Positions 23,132 through 35,700 of a stretch of 64,000 nucleotides of DNA are shown in pieces. The position numbers and the translations under genes are program-made. The notes under the pieces are model-generated. The model worked only from the letters and a program-made list of their open reading frames with translations, had not been told where the DNA came from and made no database searches. Every line of letters starts with the position of its first letter. Position 1 is the stretch's first letter. This stretch comes from Strigamia acuminata (Eukaryota), in NCBI GenBank assembly GCA_949358305.1, contig OX442314.1:8432001-8496000 (forward strand), given 5' to 3'.

Positions 23132-26100
23132 TTTCAACGGATGCTCTTGTGATAGAAGAATTTAACTACGAAATGATTGAATAGCAGATGGAAAACTTTC
23201 CTTTTACCATGGTAGCGACACCACCCTGTGTATATAGATATATTAATTATTTATTTATGGCCACATCTGAATTGTCTCTAATCAATTGTTTTTAACATTA
23301 ATTAATGTATTTCAACATTCAATAATGTATTCTAAACAATTGAATTATCTTACATACGGATGCTGTATATTTAATTTAATGTTACATTGTTACTTATTAG
23401 AATTGATATATTTAAATGCTTTCAAGGCTCAAGTCACTAAAAACTTATCAATGGAATAATAAAACAAATCAAAAACAATAATACCATAAAGCTTCAAATT
23501 GCAGCCCAGGTGTTTACTTATTCGAACAGACAACAACGCTTTTGTTGTATTCGAACACAACACTAATCTATTATATTCGGAAAAAGTCGAACAAATTCAA
23601 CGAAAGAACTGAAATGGGTCTAAAGGTGGAAACAAAGAAACGGGTAAAATTCCAAAGCTCGCTAGGACAAGTTTAAAGAGGGAGTCATTTACAAGCTCAC
23701 TTTTGGCTAACCAGCTTAACTGGCAAACTCAAGCTAACTAGGAAGCTAGCTAAAGAAAATGGCTCCCAGAAATACCCGCTAAAATCTCCTCCAAGAATTT
23801 CCTCACGATTCTGATTAGCTGTTAAAGTCACATGACCAAAACACCAGCAAGCTTGAAGCTGGTAAATCAAACTCACAAGGGGAGCACATGTATAAGAAAC
23901 TCACAGATTGTTGCAATATTAAACGTGAAGGATTGTTATATCATGCTGAATGAGATCCTAAAATAATTTCATTCCATAAACAGCCAACAATGTAAAGAAT
24001 GAGCTTGTCACGTCGTATTCGACTCTTCAACAATAGTTTCGGAAATTTGTGAATTTCCAGGGATTGTAATAACCAGAAAACCTACAGTAGGTTCGCGGGC
24101 ACCGCAACTCTTAAAACTTTGCCGGGGGGGGGGGGAGTAGCTAGGTTAAGACAGCGTCTATTCGTGAAATCTGTATTTTTTGGGTACAGGGTATCAGCCT
24201 GGGCGCCGCGCAAAATGGCGAACGTTGATACTCGAATTAAGACCGAATATCGCTCTTCATTAAGGGAAAATTTCGTCACTTGCTAGGCGTACTTACGAAG
24301 AGAATATTTCTTCTCCTGGATACGCGCAAACGTTGGGTGAACGCGCGCTCAGGTACTGAACCGCAGACAACGTCGTCGAACTGTCGATAATGAAATAAAC
24401 ACACAATTGAGACGACATGCAATTCAAAATGTCTAGGCTGAAGAGGAAGTCACAGTCGTGGCATAAAAAGTATGACGAATTAAGACCGTCGAATACGCAG
24501 TTTCTCCAGTAAATGGTACGCAAAAATATGGGCCAATAATAAATATAGCGGTCAGATAGCCAACCATGAGAATTCGGGCTGCACAATGGCCATATGCACT
24601 AATGCGCAACATAAATTGCACTAAGAAATCTCCCAGTTGAGACAGGAGGTGTTGACTCGTCAAAGGCGAAAATTATTCTCTCTCTTTTTCAGTAATTTGG
24701 TAAAACAAGTCACCTCCGATCACATGTTCATGGCCAAGTCTATTTCCAAAAGGAAACTGGACAAAAACAGGTGGTCGGAGGGAAATATGCTAATTCAAAA
24801 GTGCGAATTTATCAATTTATGGCAAAATTCTCATGAAAGTCTGGATGGGGTGAGCATGACCAGGCCCAAGTAAGGATAAATGATAAAAATAAAAGAAACA
24901 AAATGAAATAAAACAATAAATTTGGATTTAGGAGAAAATGAAGTAACGTAAAAGAATTAAAACAATTTCCTAACAAAATGGGGCAAAATCAGGGAGAAGG
25001 CGCAGAATGCACTTAAAATTTTAAAAATTTCTACTGTCTAAAGTCAGGACCGTGACAAGCTCAAAGTTTGCACTATTTTGTCTGTGTATACATCCAATCT
25101 GAGCAATCAGGCCTAGTGTATGAATACTGTAAACAACAGTTGCTAGGTAAAAAATAGTTCCAAGATCCAAGTTGAATTTTATCATTGATATTCAATGATG
25201 TCATTTCATCATTTGAGATTCAAGCAAGCTTTGGATTTTTACCACCCCCTTGTGTTTCCACCTTAAGCGTTAAGAAATATCCGCTAACAGATGTCAAAAA
25301 GAAAAATATTTCCCTATAACCTAAAGAAATGATGGCATGTTTGCTTAAAAATTTACAGTAGTTACTACTAGTAATTATTAATGTTACACTTTCTATTGAA
25401 ATACAACACACATTAAAACAACATCAACGACCCACTTGTCACTAGTTCTCAAATCTCACATTAAACTAGAAAGCGCCAAAAGCTATTTCTATTCAAATCC
25501 CATTGCCATAACATGCATAGAAGTAAGGAAATTCAATTTCTTCACTGCAATATCTGTTTTTCTCACGTTCCTTTCGATTTCCATTTCCACAAGTTAAAAC
25601 AATTCCTGTATAGCGGTATCTATTTCCTTCACCTTTTGCCTTTCGTTTCTGTCTTTTCTTTTCTTTTCTTGCACGATCGCTCCGATTCGTTTAACACAGT
25701 CATTCCCTGCCAAGCTTCGATTTCTCTTTAAAGCTGTCGTAACATTTCCCATTAATGAAATCTCATTACAGCGAAAGTGGGAGAAACCGTGAAATAACTT
25801 AGAACGACAAGTAATTAACTGGAGTGGGAGGTATGAATGTTTGATACTGTCATCTTTAATAATAAAACATTAAATTCAATGCTGAACGTATTTTAAGTGT
25901 TTGGAACGATGACCGGAGTGACAAACGAAAATGGGTCATAAACTGTATCCAGACCGGACTCACCGGTCAAGATTGGTTCGAAATTTTCGATCAATGTTCT
26001 CTTGTTGCGGATGGGTTTATTTTTAGAACTATTTTTCTATTGTGCATTTGTATCTTTGATGGAATTGCTATGGACATTGGGAGTATGTAATCAATTTTGT

Positions 26101-26219
26101 AACAGTATAGGGATGGTCGGTTTCAGGTTTTAACTCCCTACTTTTCACTTGGACCTTTCAATGATATACAGTGGGTTTTCAGTGATTTCATGATGTATGG
26201 TTGATTTACAGTCATTTAC

Positions 26220-26760
26220 ACATGATTTTCAGTGATGTATAGTTGGTTTTCAGTAATATATAGCTGATTTTCAGTGATAAACAATAGATTTTCAGTGATA
26301 GTTGATTTTCAATGATAAATAGTTGATTTTGAATGAATGATAAATAGTTGATTTTCAGTGCTTTTCAGTAAATTTCAGTAAATTTCAGTGATTTTCAGTA
26401 ATTTTCAGTAATTTTCAGTAATTTTCAATGATTTTCAATAATTTTCAAAATTTTTCAATGATTTACAATCAATTTCAGTAATTATTTCAGTGATTGTCAG
26501 TGTTTTTCAGTGATTTTCAGTAATTTTCAGTAATTTTCAGAATTTTCAGTAATTTTCAAAACTATTCAATGATTTACAGTAATTTTCAGTAATTTTTTCA
26601 GTGATTTTCACGAATTTTTACTGATTTTCAATGATTTTCACTGATTTTCACTGATTTTCACTGATTTTCACTGATTTTCACTGATTTTCACTGATTTTCA
26701 ATGATTTTCACTGATTTTCAATGATTTTCACTGATTTTCACTGATTTTCACTGATTTTTA
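26220..26760. repeat. 10-bp tandem repeat (TGATTTTCAG/C)
   Basis: Visible array. Confidence 0.9.
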
Positions 26761-27369
26761 ATCATTTGTTGATGTGGTTCTGATTTACCAAGATCACTAT
26801 CACACATTTTTTATCAGTTTTCTCCTACTCCATGCAACATCATTATAAAATGTAGATTTAATTTTTTTTTTAAAAATTTATTACTCAAATCTTGAAAGCA
26901 CTCCAGCACTTTTCCCTATATGACAGATTGACAATAGTAACTTGCTTCTGAAACTTGACAAGCAGAAATTAATCTTTGCCATTCCATCCCTTGCACAATG
27001 CATTCCAGTTCCAGTCATTTCAGTCAGTTTCAAAATGGATTATCATGGTGAAATCTAAAATGGCATCTTGACAAAGAGTTATTCCATTGAAATGCCACAT
27101 CCAATAGATGTCTGACTCACACTTTCCAGTGGAACATTTGAATTCAGACTATGTTTCCTGTTCTAAGAAACCAAGACATACCCATGCGGTATAATGGCTG
27201 CATTGGTTTCAGATTTATTTGCCTAGTTGCACTTATTCCAAGACATTCATGAAGTTCTTCCCTCAACTTATTGCCTACTGCCATGTACAGCGCTCATTTT
27301 TGGCCAGCAAACAAATAAAGAGAGCACAAGTAAAAAAAATTTATATTTGCCAAAAAGTAGTCAAATCAG

Positions 27370-27735
27370 CCAAAATTGTCAAAAATTAATCAAAAATTAA
27401 TCAAAATTTTATCAAAATTGTCAAAATTCATCAAAATTGTCAAAAATTTATCAAAATTGTCAAAAATTTATCAAAATTGACAAAATTTTATCAAAATTGT
27501 CAAAAATGTCCCAAAATTGTCCACAAATTTCCCAAAATTGTCCACAAATTTCCCAAAATTGTCCACAAATTTCCCAAAATTGTCCACAAATTTCCCAAAA
27601 TTGTCCACAAATTTCCCAAAATTGTCCACAAATTTCTCAAAATTGTCCACAAATTTCCCAAAATTGTCCAGAAATCTCCCAAAATTGTCCAAAATTTCCC
27701 AAAATTGTCCAAAAATTTCCCAAAATTGCCAAAAT
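27370..27735. repeat. 21-bp tandem repeat (CCACAAATTTCCCAAAATTGT)
   Basis: Visible array; source of the spurious repetitive ORFs. Confidence 0.9.
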
Positions 27736-28456
27736 CATTAATATTCTTCACTGAAAACAAACCATCCATTTTTTCCATCTTTCTGATCAAATATTTATCC
27801 CCCAAATGATCTAACAGACAACTCCTTAAACTTTGTTGTATGTCCGCTTTAATTTTCCCATTTCTTGGCCAGCCAATGTAATCTTGTGCAGTCAACAATA
27901 TATAATTGCATTCTCTGGTTGATGACAACAGTTCCAACCCTACATCTAATCCTAATCATTTGGGACCTGCAACTGTGCGATTGGGACTACTAAAACACAT
28001 ACGTGTTCTATAGCCCAAGTTATATCATGTCTACAGTAATAACACATTCTATGACCCAATTTAGGAACTGAAAAACAACTTCACAAAGTGAAATATTTCC
28101 AAAGCCCACTACAGCACTATATATACAATTTTTCTGATTTTATACCCTAATTAAAGAAAACATTTAGAATCCTATTTTTTTATTACAAATTAATAACGGT
28201 CCATGAACCAAAGATAACATGGACACGTATCCACATGTTTTGCCACTTACGGCGCCACATAATATATAGCCGCACTGTATTCTGGGATGATAACATGTAA
28301 CAAATATGCTTAGTTGGCAAGCATTGCATATGTGATTGCCGTCATCTAATCAGTGCACAGAACAATGAATCAATAGGAAATAACTAGACCCCGGATATTT
28401 ATGAAAAATAAAATTCGTTTTATGCGCATAAAATATGCACCAAAAATTCCATTTTA

Positions 28457-29241
28457 TGCAAAATAAAATTAAAAATGTGCAAAATAAAATTAAAAATGTG
28501 CAAAATAAAATTAAAAATGTGCAAAATAAAATTAAAAATGTGCAAAATAAAATTAAAAATGTGCAAAATAAAATTAAAAATGTGCAAAATAAAATTAAAA
28601 ATGTGCAAAATAAAATTAAAAATGTGCAAAATAAAATTAAAAATGTGCAAAATAAAATTAAAAATGTGCAAAATAAAATTAAAAATGTGCAAAATAAAAT
28701 TAAAAATGTGCAAAATAAAATTAAAAATGTGCAAAATAAAATTAAAAATGTGCAAAATAAAATTAAAAATGTGCAAAATAAAATTAAAAATGTGCAAAAT
28801 AAAATTAAAAATGTGCAAAATAAAATTAAAAATGTGCAAAATAAAATTAAAAATGTGCAAAATAAAATTAAAAATGTGCAAAATAAAATTAAAAATGTGC
28901 AAAATAAAATTAAAAATGTGCAAAATAAAATTAAAAATGTGCAAAATAAAATTAAAAATGTGCAAAATAAAATTAAAAATGTGCAAAATAAAATTAAAAA
29001 TGTGCAAAATAAAATTAAAAATGTGCAAAATAAAATTAAAAATGTGCAAAATAAAATTAAAAATGTGCAAAATAAAATTAAAAATGTGCAAAATAAAATT
29101 AAAAATGTGCAAAATAAAATTAAAAATGTGCAAAATAAAATTAAAAATGTGCAAAATAAAATTAAAAATGTGCAAAATAAAATTAAAAATGTGCAAAATA
29201 AAATTAAAAATGTGCAAAATAAAATTAAAAATGTGCAAAAT
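28457..29241. repeat. 21-bp AT-rich satellite (AAAATAAAATTAAAAATGTGC)n, left part, ~37 units
   Basis: Homogeneous array that continues in register after the gypsy element. Confidence 0.95.
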
Positions 29242-30372
29242 TGTCACGGCCCGTGTTTCCTACGTGTACAGTTTACGCATTGTTAACCCGTGTTTGTTCC
29301 TATTAAACCTAATTTGCGATTCTCCTACCTTTGTTGTTTTGTTTATGTTTGATTCGTGAGTTTTCCTCATTTTCCTTCTATCTTATCTCTTACTCTCTCC
29401 TAACTTTCTCTTCATTCTCTCACTTTTCTCTTATCTACTCCTAGTTTTTCTTCTTTAGTTTATGATTTCGATGCAAGTCTATTTGCATATCTATTCTGGT
29501 CAGTACGCGTCGGCGTTAGTCATACACTTAGTATGCACCGACTGTACTGATTGGCTCTTGACTCTTCCGTGATTGGTCAAGCTTGGTTGAGTCCAAGTTT
29601 ACCTCTCACCCTATTTTTCCTCTTTTTCTTCAGTTGATCTCAGTATCCCGAACGCGTAGGTGCTCCTTTGGAGCCGGTGCTCATGGCTGAGGTTTAACTC
29701 CGAAGCTCACTTGTAGCTTTGCATTCGCCCTGGAATTCTGCAACACGGTTTCAGGCTTTCATTTCATTTCGCGTGTTAACTCACGGTTTTACACCACTCG
29801 TTCACCATTTGTTTTCCTGCTCCTTTTTGTTCATGTTTTATCGCCGTGACGCGTCATCCAAGGCCAAACAGGATTTGTTGGCCATAAGTTCGAAGTTTGT
29901 GCCGTTTATTTCGCGTGCGCGTGCATTTAGCTTAGTTTAGCCGCCTGCCATTTGGGCTTTAGCTTTAATTAAGCATTAAGTCAGGTTTAGAGTTAAGTTT
30001 AGGGCCCGTGCGTTGTATAAGCACGAGTAAATTGCCCATCCTCGTTCAGACTCGACAGTTTGGGGTTGCTTATGAGCCACTACGAGACGTGCATTCGTTT
30101 GCCTTCGTGTGAAAACACGATTGTTGGCGGGTCACGCGTTGGGTTTTGGTTCAGACGCGACTACCGGACATTCTGTCCCCGAGTTTTACAGCTCGGGATA
30201 CCCGGCCACAAATAAATATTAGTGTGGTGCACAGTATCTGAGAGTGTGTTAGCTGCCACTTCCTGCGCACATTCGATTTACGACAGGTACGAAACTACCA
30301 GGGTGTGTGAATTTACTGTTTCGCGGCGTCTTTCAAACGCTTCTAAACCACCTAGACTCGCGATCCATCACA
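29242..30372 (+). repeat. gypsy 5' LTR
   Basis: Direct repeat of 41586-42716; only two substitutions noticed. Confidence 0.95.
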
Positions 30373-30374
30373 CT

Positions 30375-30392
30375 TGGTGCCGAAACCCGGGA
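30375..30392 (+). promoter_or_regulatory. Primer-binding site, tRNA-Phe
   Basis: TGGTGCCGAAACCCGGGA is complementary to the 3' end of metazoan tRNA-Phe(GAA). Confidence 0.85.
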
Positions 30393-30548
30393 ATATCCCG
30401 TAGCTTTTCGATTGCTAGCCGTATAAACTGTTTCCAGTGGGCTAGTAATCATTATTCGGAAAACAAAGGTCGAGTGGTATCGTTACTCGCCTTTTTTAGA
30501 GTGGATCATCCATTTGAGTTTTGCTGCGAAATTGCTTGAGTTGACGCA

Positions 30549-32660
30549 ATGGCAGAGGGAGGGCATCCTAAAGAGGATAACTCCAAGAGTGTGTGGCCTA
30601 GCTGGATGCGTAGAGTCGGGGAGCGCTTGTGTGATGAAACTCCACGGCGTCCCCTTGATGCGCGTCCTCCGAGAACCCGCTCAGAGTATGGCTTGCCCGT
30701 GGCAAGAGGCGGTGGGCCGCCGTACCTCCTGCGACCACACGGGGATGTCACACGAGTAAAGGTAGAGGATAAATCCACTTCAACGGATAGTACCTACTGC
30801 CCGGACACTACTCCGTCCACGCGTGAGTCTCGTGTCGATGTGTCTGCTTCGGATCTTTTAACGCCCGTGCAACCAAATCCTTCGGCGCCACCTCAACAAA
30901 GGAGTAGTCCTGAGGATAACGTCGAGGAGGGGGAAGAAGAGGCTGGTCAACGGCCTCCAGAATGGCTGCCGTATTTGCAAAATGCGGAATTGGCCATGAA
31001 TGAGCGTATGGTCCGAGCATTAAACCAGTTTGGTCAGCATGTTGACTACCGACTGGGAAATTATAGAGATGAGACTCTTGTGGGGGTGAGACAAGTGGTT
31101 AGGGCCGAAATCGTGGCATTAGCTGTACAGCCCGAGGAGGAGGTAATTCCACCAGCTCAGCAAAGACCTCATAACTCTTTGCCTGGTGATGGACCTCGTT
31201 CTGACGGTCAGAGGGAACCTGGGGGAAGTGTTCAGTCTTCACGCATTCTGACGCCTAGCGAGTTGAACAGGCAAGGAATTGCAGTAGTAGGAAGGTTACA
31301 AGGGGATGTAAATCCTCGTTTACCTTCAAATGAGAGACCATCGGACGTGACCGCTCGCGCGGGGTCTCGAATGGGTACGCCCTCACAGTGTAACAGTGAG
31401 GTGATGAGGAGTATTATACGCTCAAAGTCGACAGCTGTTAGCTTGCCGGATACAGCAAGTGTTGATCGCGCAGCAGCTGCGCGCGGGGATTCGGTAAATA
31501 CGCGTTTGCAACGGGCGCGAGACGCCCAAGCCGCAGCGGTAACGCCGACGCCCCGGCAGCGGCCGCAGACGCGATATGATCAATATGACTTGTCGCACGT
31601 GAGGTCGGAACATGTGCCGATATTTGATGAGGATGATCAATCCTATAATGCGGTCGAAAGATTCCTAGCAAAATTGCGCGCCCACTATATCATGACGCGC
31701 ATTCCGGATGAAGCGTATATTGACTTGTTCATTCCTTTGGCGCTGTGTGGGAAGCCCTTAAATTGGTACTTGCACTTACGCCATAAACCAAAAACATGGG
31801 ATGAATTTGTTATGCGTTTCCGGAAACGTTATTCCCTCAAGGAGGCCGAAGCAACGGTCCTCCTGACGGATGCCTGGCAGGAAGTAGGGGATGATACGGC
31901 CGAATTTCTGTGTGAGATCAGTCGTTACCTCGAAATGATAGGTATTCGGGGGGATAGGCAACAATGGAATATGGCGAAACATCGCCTCCAACCGCAGATA
32001 ACGGATGCAATGACTCGGTACGGAGTCCGCTTCATGTCGCAGGCCATAGAGATGGGGCAGGAGGCTGACAGCAAATTGGCGTTGCGTTCTCTTCAGCAGT
32101 ATAAGTTCGATGAGCGCGGAGTGAGAAGAGGTCCGGTGCCTCGACCTCAATCCAAGGACAAGGATAAGCAAGCTGTTAAGGCAACCAAAAAGGTGGTAGA
32201 GCCTGCCAAAACAAAGGCGGCGGAAAAGCCTCCGCCTGGTCGCTTCCAGTTTGACAAAAGGAAATTGGTTGCGTTGGCTGAAATGTTTGGGGCTACGAGT
32301 GAGGACCTGCAGAGTGTTGCTGGGCAGTCCGTTGTTAGTGTTGCACCTTCGAGAGTGCCAGAGCCGCAAATAAACGCGTCTGTAAAAGTCTCGGAGAATA
32401 AGCCTACTCCGGCTGTGGGGCCGGCACAATGTGGACATTCTGCCCATACCTTCGCCAATACGGCCAATCCCCCAACGACACCGTTGCCACCCGGAGCTGA
32501 GTGGGTGCGCAATCGGAAGGACAGATGGTACATGCGTGATATTGAAAAACGCATCGCATTATGTCCTCACTGCTTTAAGCCCTGGCAGTTTCCGGGAAAC
32601 GACCAGGGTCCACTGTCCAAACCATCCAACGGAAAGGCAGCGGACCCGAAACCCAAATAA
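30549..32660 (+). CDS. gag: Gag (703 aa)
   Basis: Position after the PBS; retrotransposon-gag-like core LCGKPLNWY..PKTWDEFVMRFRKRY; only a partial knuckle CPHC at the C-terminus. Confidence 0.85.
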   Translation: MAEGGHPKEDNSKSVWPSWMRRVGERLCDETPRRPLDARPPRTRSEYGLPVARGGGPPYLLRPHGDVTRVKVEDKSTSTDSTYCPDTTPSTRESRVDVSASDLLTPVQPNPSAPPQQRSSPEDNVEEGEEEAGQRPPEWLPYLQNAELAMNERMVRALNQFGQHVDYRLGNYRDETLVGVRQVVRAEIVALAVQPEEEVIPPAQQRPHNSLPGDGPRSDGQREPGGSVQSSRILTPSELNRQGIAVVGRLQGDVNPRLPSNERPSDVTARAGSRMGTPSQCNSEVMRSIIRSKSTAVSLPDTASVDRAAAARGDSVNTRLQRARDAQAAAVTPTPRQRPQTRYDQYDLSHVRSEHVPIFDEDDQSYNAVERFLAKLRAHYIMTRIPDEAYIDLFIPLALCGKPLNWYLHLRHKPKTWDEFVMRFRKRYSLKEAEATVLLTDAWQEVGDDTAEFLCEISRYLEMIGIRGDRQQWNMAKHRLQPQITDAMTRYGVRFMSQAIEMGQEADSKLALRSLQQYKFDERGVRRGPVPRPQSKDKDKQAVKATKKVVEPAKTKAAEKPPPGRFQFDKRKLVALAEMFGATSEDLQSVAGQSVVSVAPSRVPEPQINASVKVSENKPTPAVGPAQCGHSAHTFANTANPPTTPLPPGAEWVRNRKDRWYMRDIEKRIALCPHCFKPWQFPGNDQGPLSKPSNGKAADPKPK

Positions 32661-32703
32661 GTCGGACGTTGGAAGCTTTAGATAGCATAAGCGGTTGGAT
32701 GGT
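32594..32703 (+). promoter_or_regulatory. -1 programmed ribosomal frameshift signal
   Basis: G_GGA_AAC in the gag frame; the -1 frame is open into pol; downstream stem GGGTCCACTGTC/GGCAGCGGACCC; loop ACCATCCAAC complementary to GTTGGATGGT (32694-32703). Confidence 0.8.
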
Positions 32704-35700
32704 ACCCCCTGCGTTGCAGAAGACCAGTACCACCGCGTTAGCGGCTTCTAAGCCGAAAATGACAAATTTCATAATGTTGTCACCACCCGAATTTTTGGCT
32801 TCCAAAGAGCCGAAATTGATAATCGGGTTGAAGGACCGTTGTCGGCGAGACGCGGCCTTTGTTAAAATCGCCTGGATCAATATCGAGTTCATTGCAATGA
32901 TGGACAGCGGTGCACAGACGTGCATAATGACCATGGCATTGTATGAGAAACTCGCAAAAGAGATAGGCATAGAAATGGTGAAACTGGACGAAACCATCCG
33001 GACAGCCGACAATCATATTACCAAAGTGGTTGGCTGTGCACAACTAGCCGTCCGTGCTCCTACGGCGGTAGTTTGCTTTACTTGCCTCATCATAGAGGAG
33101 GGGTCTCAAGAGCTCCTCTTGGGGCTAGATTTCTGTAAGGCAGTTGGTCTGTGTACCGACCACGCCAATGAATACTGGTTCCTCTTAGGGGATGGCACGC
33201 GGCATCCCTTCCTCACAGAAGAGCAAGCTAGGGCATCTGATCCAGTGATCTTATTCCCTTTAACAAAGGAACAACCTTCCCTCCCGGAGGGAATTGCGGT
33301 TAAGGGGCCCCCTCTTTACAACCTTCCGGCTTTGCGAAATCCGCTGGTCCCCAAGCCAGAGGAAACGGCGGTGCCCGTCAAGCTTGTCGGCCAAAAGGAG
33401 CGGGAACTGACCCCCGAGATTCCTGCAAAGGAGGAGGAGGCAGAGGAGAAGCCTGTGGTCGCTACAAAACCACCAATTAGTGAAGCTAACTGTGTCTTGC
33501 TAAATAAGCGTAATTTCGAAGTGGAGTTATTCGAGCCCCCACATGAGGACAATCCTTGCATTGTCAAAGTGGTTGTTGCTCGAAGAGGGCAGGACGCTCA
33601 AAAATGGACATTCATATGGTCACCTAAGAGACGGGAAAAAACCGCACGAAGGAACATCGTGCGAGTTACGCGTAAACTTGGGAGAAAGGCCATGTGTTTG
33701 AGTCAGATGCGTCGAGCCATTAAGTTGCGTAAAGCAAGAGTTAAAGCGGTGGCTAAACGAACGTTGGTTGAGACTGCAGATTCTCCGAGTGGAGAGAGAA
33801 ATGTCGTCGGCAACGCGGAGATCTCTTCTGCTTGTCAAAAGACGGAAGGTACTCCAAGACAGCATGATGTTAATTTCGTCCAATACATCCCAAACAGAGA
33901 TCCTACCAACCTCGCTTGGGTGTATGATCAGCTGTGTAATCAGTTGGAGCCGAAACGCATTAACCACTTAATGGATGCGTTGAAACCAGTTGCTCACATC
34001 TTTCGTGAGGAATTGGGGCTCTGTAATAACACACAGTTTGAAGTGAATCTGAAGCCTGATTTCCGACCTATCCATGTCCCGGTACGTCCGGTGAATCCGG
34101 CAAAAAGGGAAATAATCGATGCCTATATCGACCAAAAGTTGGCGCAAGGAGTAATCAAGCGCTCCAAAAGCGACTGCGCCGTGGCGCCCGTAGTTGTCCC
34201 CAAAAAGGACGGACGCTGGCGCTGCGCAATGGATTTTAGGCCGATCAACTCCCAAACTTTGCCTGATGTTTACCCCCTCCCAGATATCGACAACATCTTT
34301 GCATATCTGGGCGGGGCAAAATGGTTTTCCATCATCGACGGAAGGGAAGCGTTCCACCAAATAGGAGTCCGACCTGGAGATGAACGATATCTCGCATTTA
34401 TCACCCACAGGGGACTCTTTGAGTATACGCGTATGCCCTTCGGTCCGATCAATGGCCCTGCCACCTTACAAAGGGCCATGAATTTGACTCTAGCTGAGCA
34501 TCTCTACAAGTTTGTCTTTGTGTACATCGACGACATAATCGTGTTTAGTAAGACCTTCGAAGAGCATGTGACCCACTTGCAAAAAGTGCTCACTTTGCTC
34601 GACCAAGCGGGGTTTACAATGAACGCAGGAAAAACGGAGTTGTGCAAGACAAGTCTTGAGGTGCTCGGACATATTGTCGAGGAGGGACTTATCCGTCCTA
34701 ACCCAAAGAAGACCGACGCGATCAGCAAGTACCCGGCCCCCACTAACTTGAAGGAGTTACAACGCTTCAAGGGTATGATCGGGTACTACTCGTCGTTCTT
34801 CCCCGGATATTCCAAGACCTGTGAAGTCTTTCGAGTTCTTATGCGTAAGAATGCGCCATGGAACTGGACGGCGGCGCACCAGGCAGCTTTCGAGTATCTC
34901 AAAAATCAAGTGTCGCTATCTACTTTGCACAGGAACTTCCCGGACTGGAGTAAACCTTACATCTTACAAACCGATGCGAGTTATTCTGGTCTAGGGGCTG
35001 CGTTGATGCAGATCAACAATGACGGCGTACGCGTCCCAATTGCCTTTGCATCACGGGCCTTAAACAGTGCAGAGAAAAACTATACGGCGACGGAAATTGA
35101 GTGCCTGGCCGCCGTCTGGGCCGTTAAACGCTTTAGAGCATACCTCGAGTTAATGGATTTCTATCTTGAGAGTGATCACAAGTCTTTAACATGGCTTTGG
35201 GCCCAGCGCGAGCCAAAGGGCCGACTGGCGAGATGGATTCTTTCGCTGTCGGAATACCGATTCACATTCCTCCACTGTAGTGGTACGAAGAATCGGGTCG
35301 CCGATGCGTTGAGTCGGGCGCCGGTTGACCCGCCGATCGAGCTGGATGACGAAGACTGTCCAGCGTTGGATGACACATATTACTGTGCGTACTTCGATGA
35401 TTTCAACGACTGGCCAGTACTCAAAATGGAGGAGTTAGATGAGGTGGCTCATTGGAAATCATCCAACTGCAAAATCGTTAGAGCGGTAACAATGCGTAAA
35501 CAGAAACGTGCGTTCCTGGCGAGATTGAACGCCTTGTCGGCTACGGCAGTGGATGTATGTCCGGTGGAGGACGAGCCCCCTCCAAAAAGAGGACGGGGAC
35601 GTCCACGGAAAAATCCCATTGCAAAGGGGCCGACTCAGGCGGGACCCTTGCCGGGAGCACAGCCTACTCTGCCAATGTCGGACGAAGAATCTGTGGCGGT

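Noticed and set aside
27437..29359. Long repetitive ORFs (QNCPQIS, ILHIFNF, KNVQNKI, MCKIKLK repeats)
   Set aside because: Translations of stop-free 21-bp tandem repeats open in several frames; the same applies at 42.7, 50.3, 56.4 and 61.2 kb
31776..32554. Antisense ORFs within gag and pol
   Set aside because: Expected shadows of GC-rich coding sequence; no recognisable motifs
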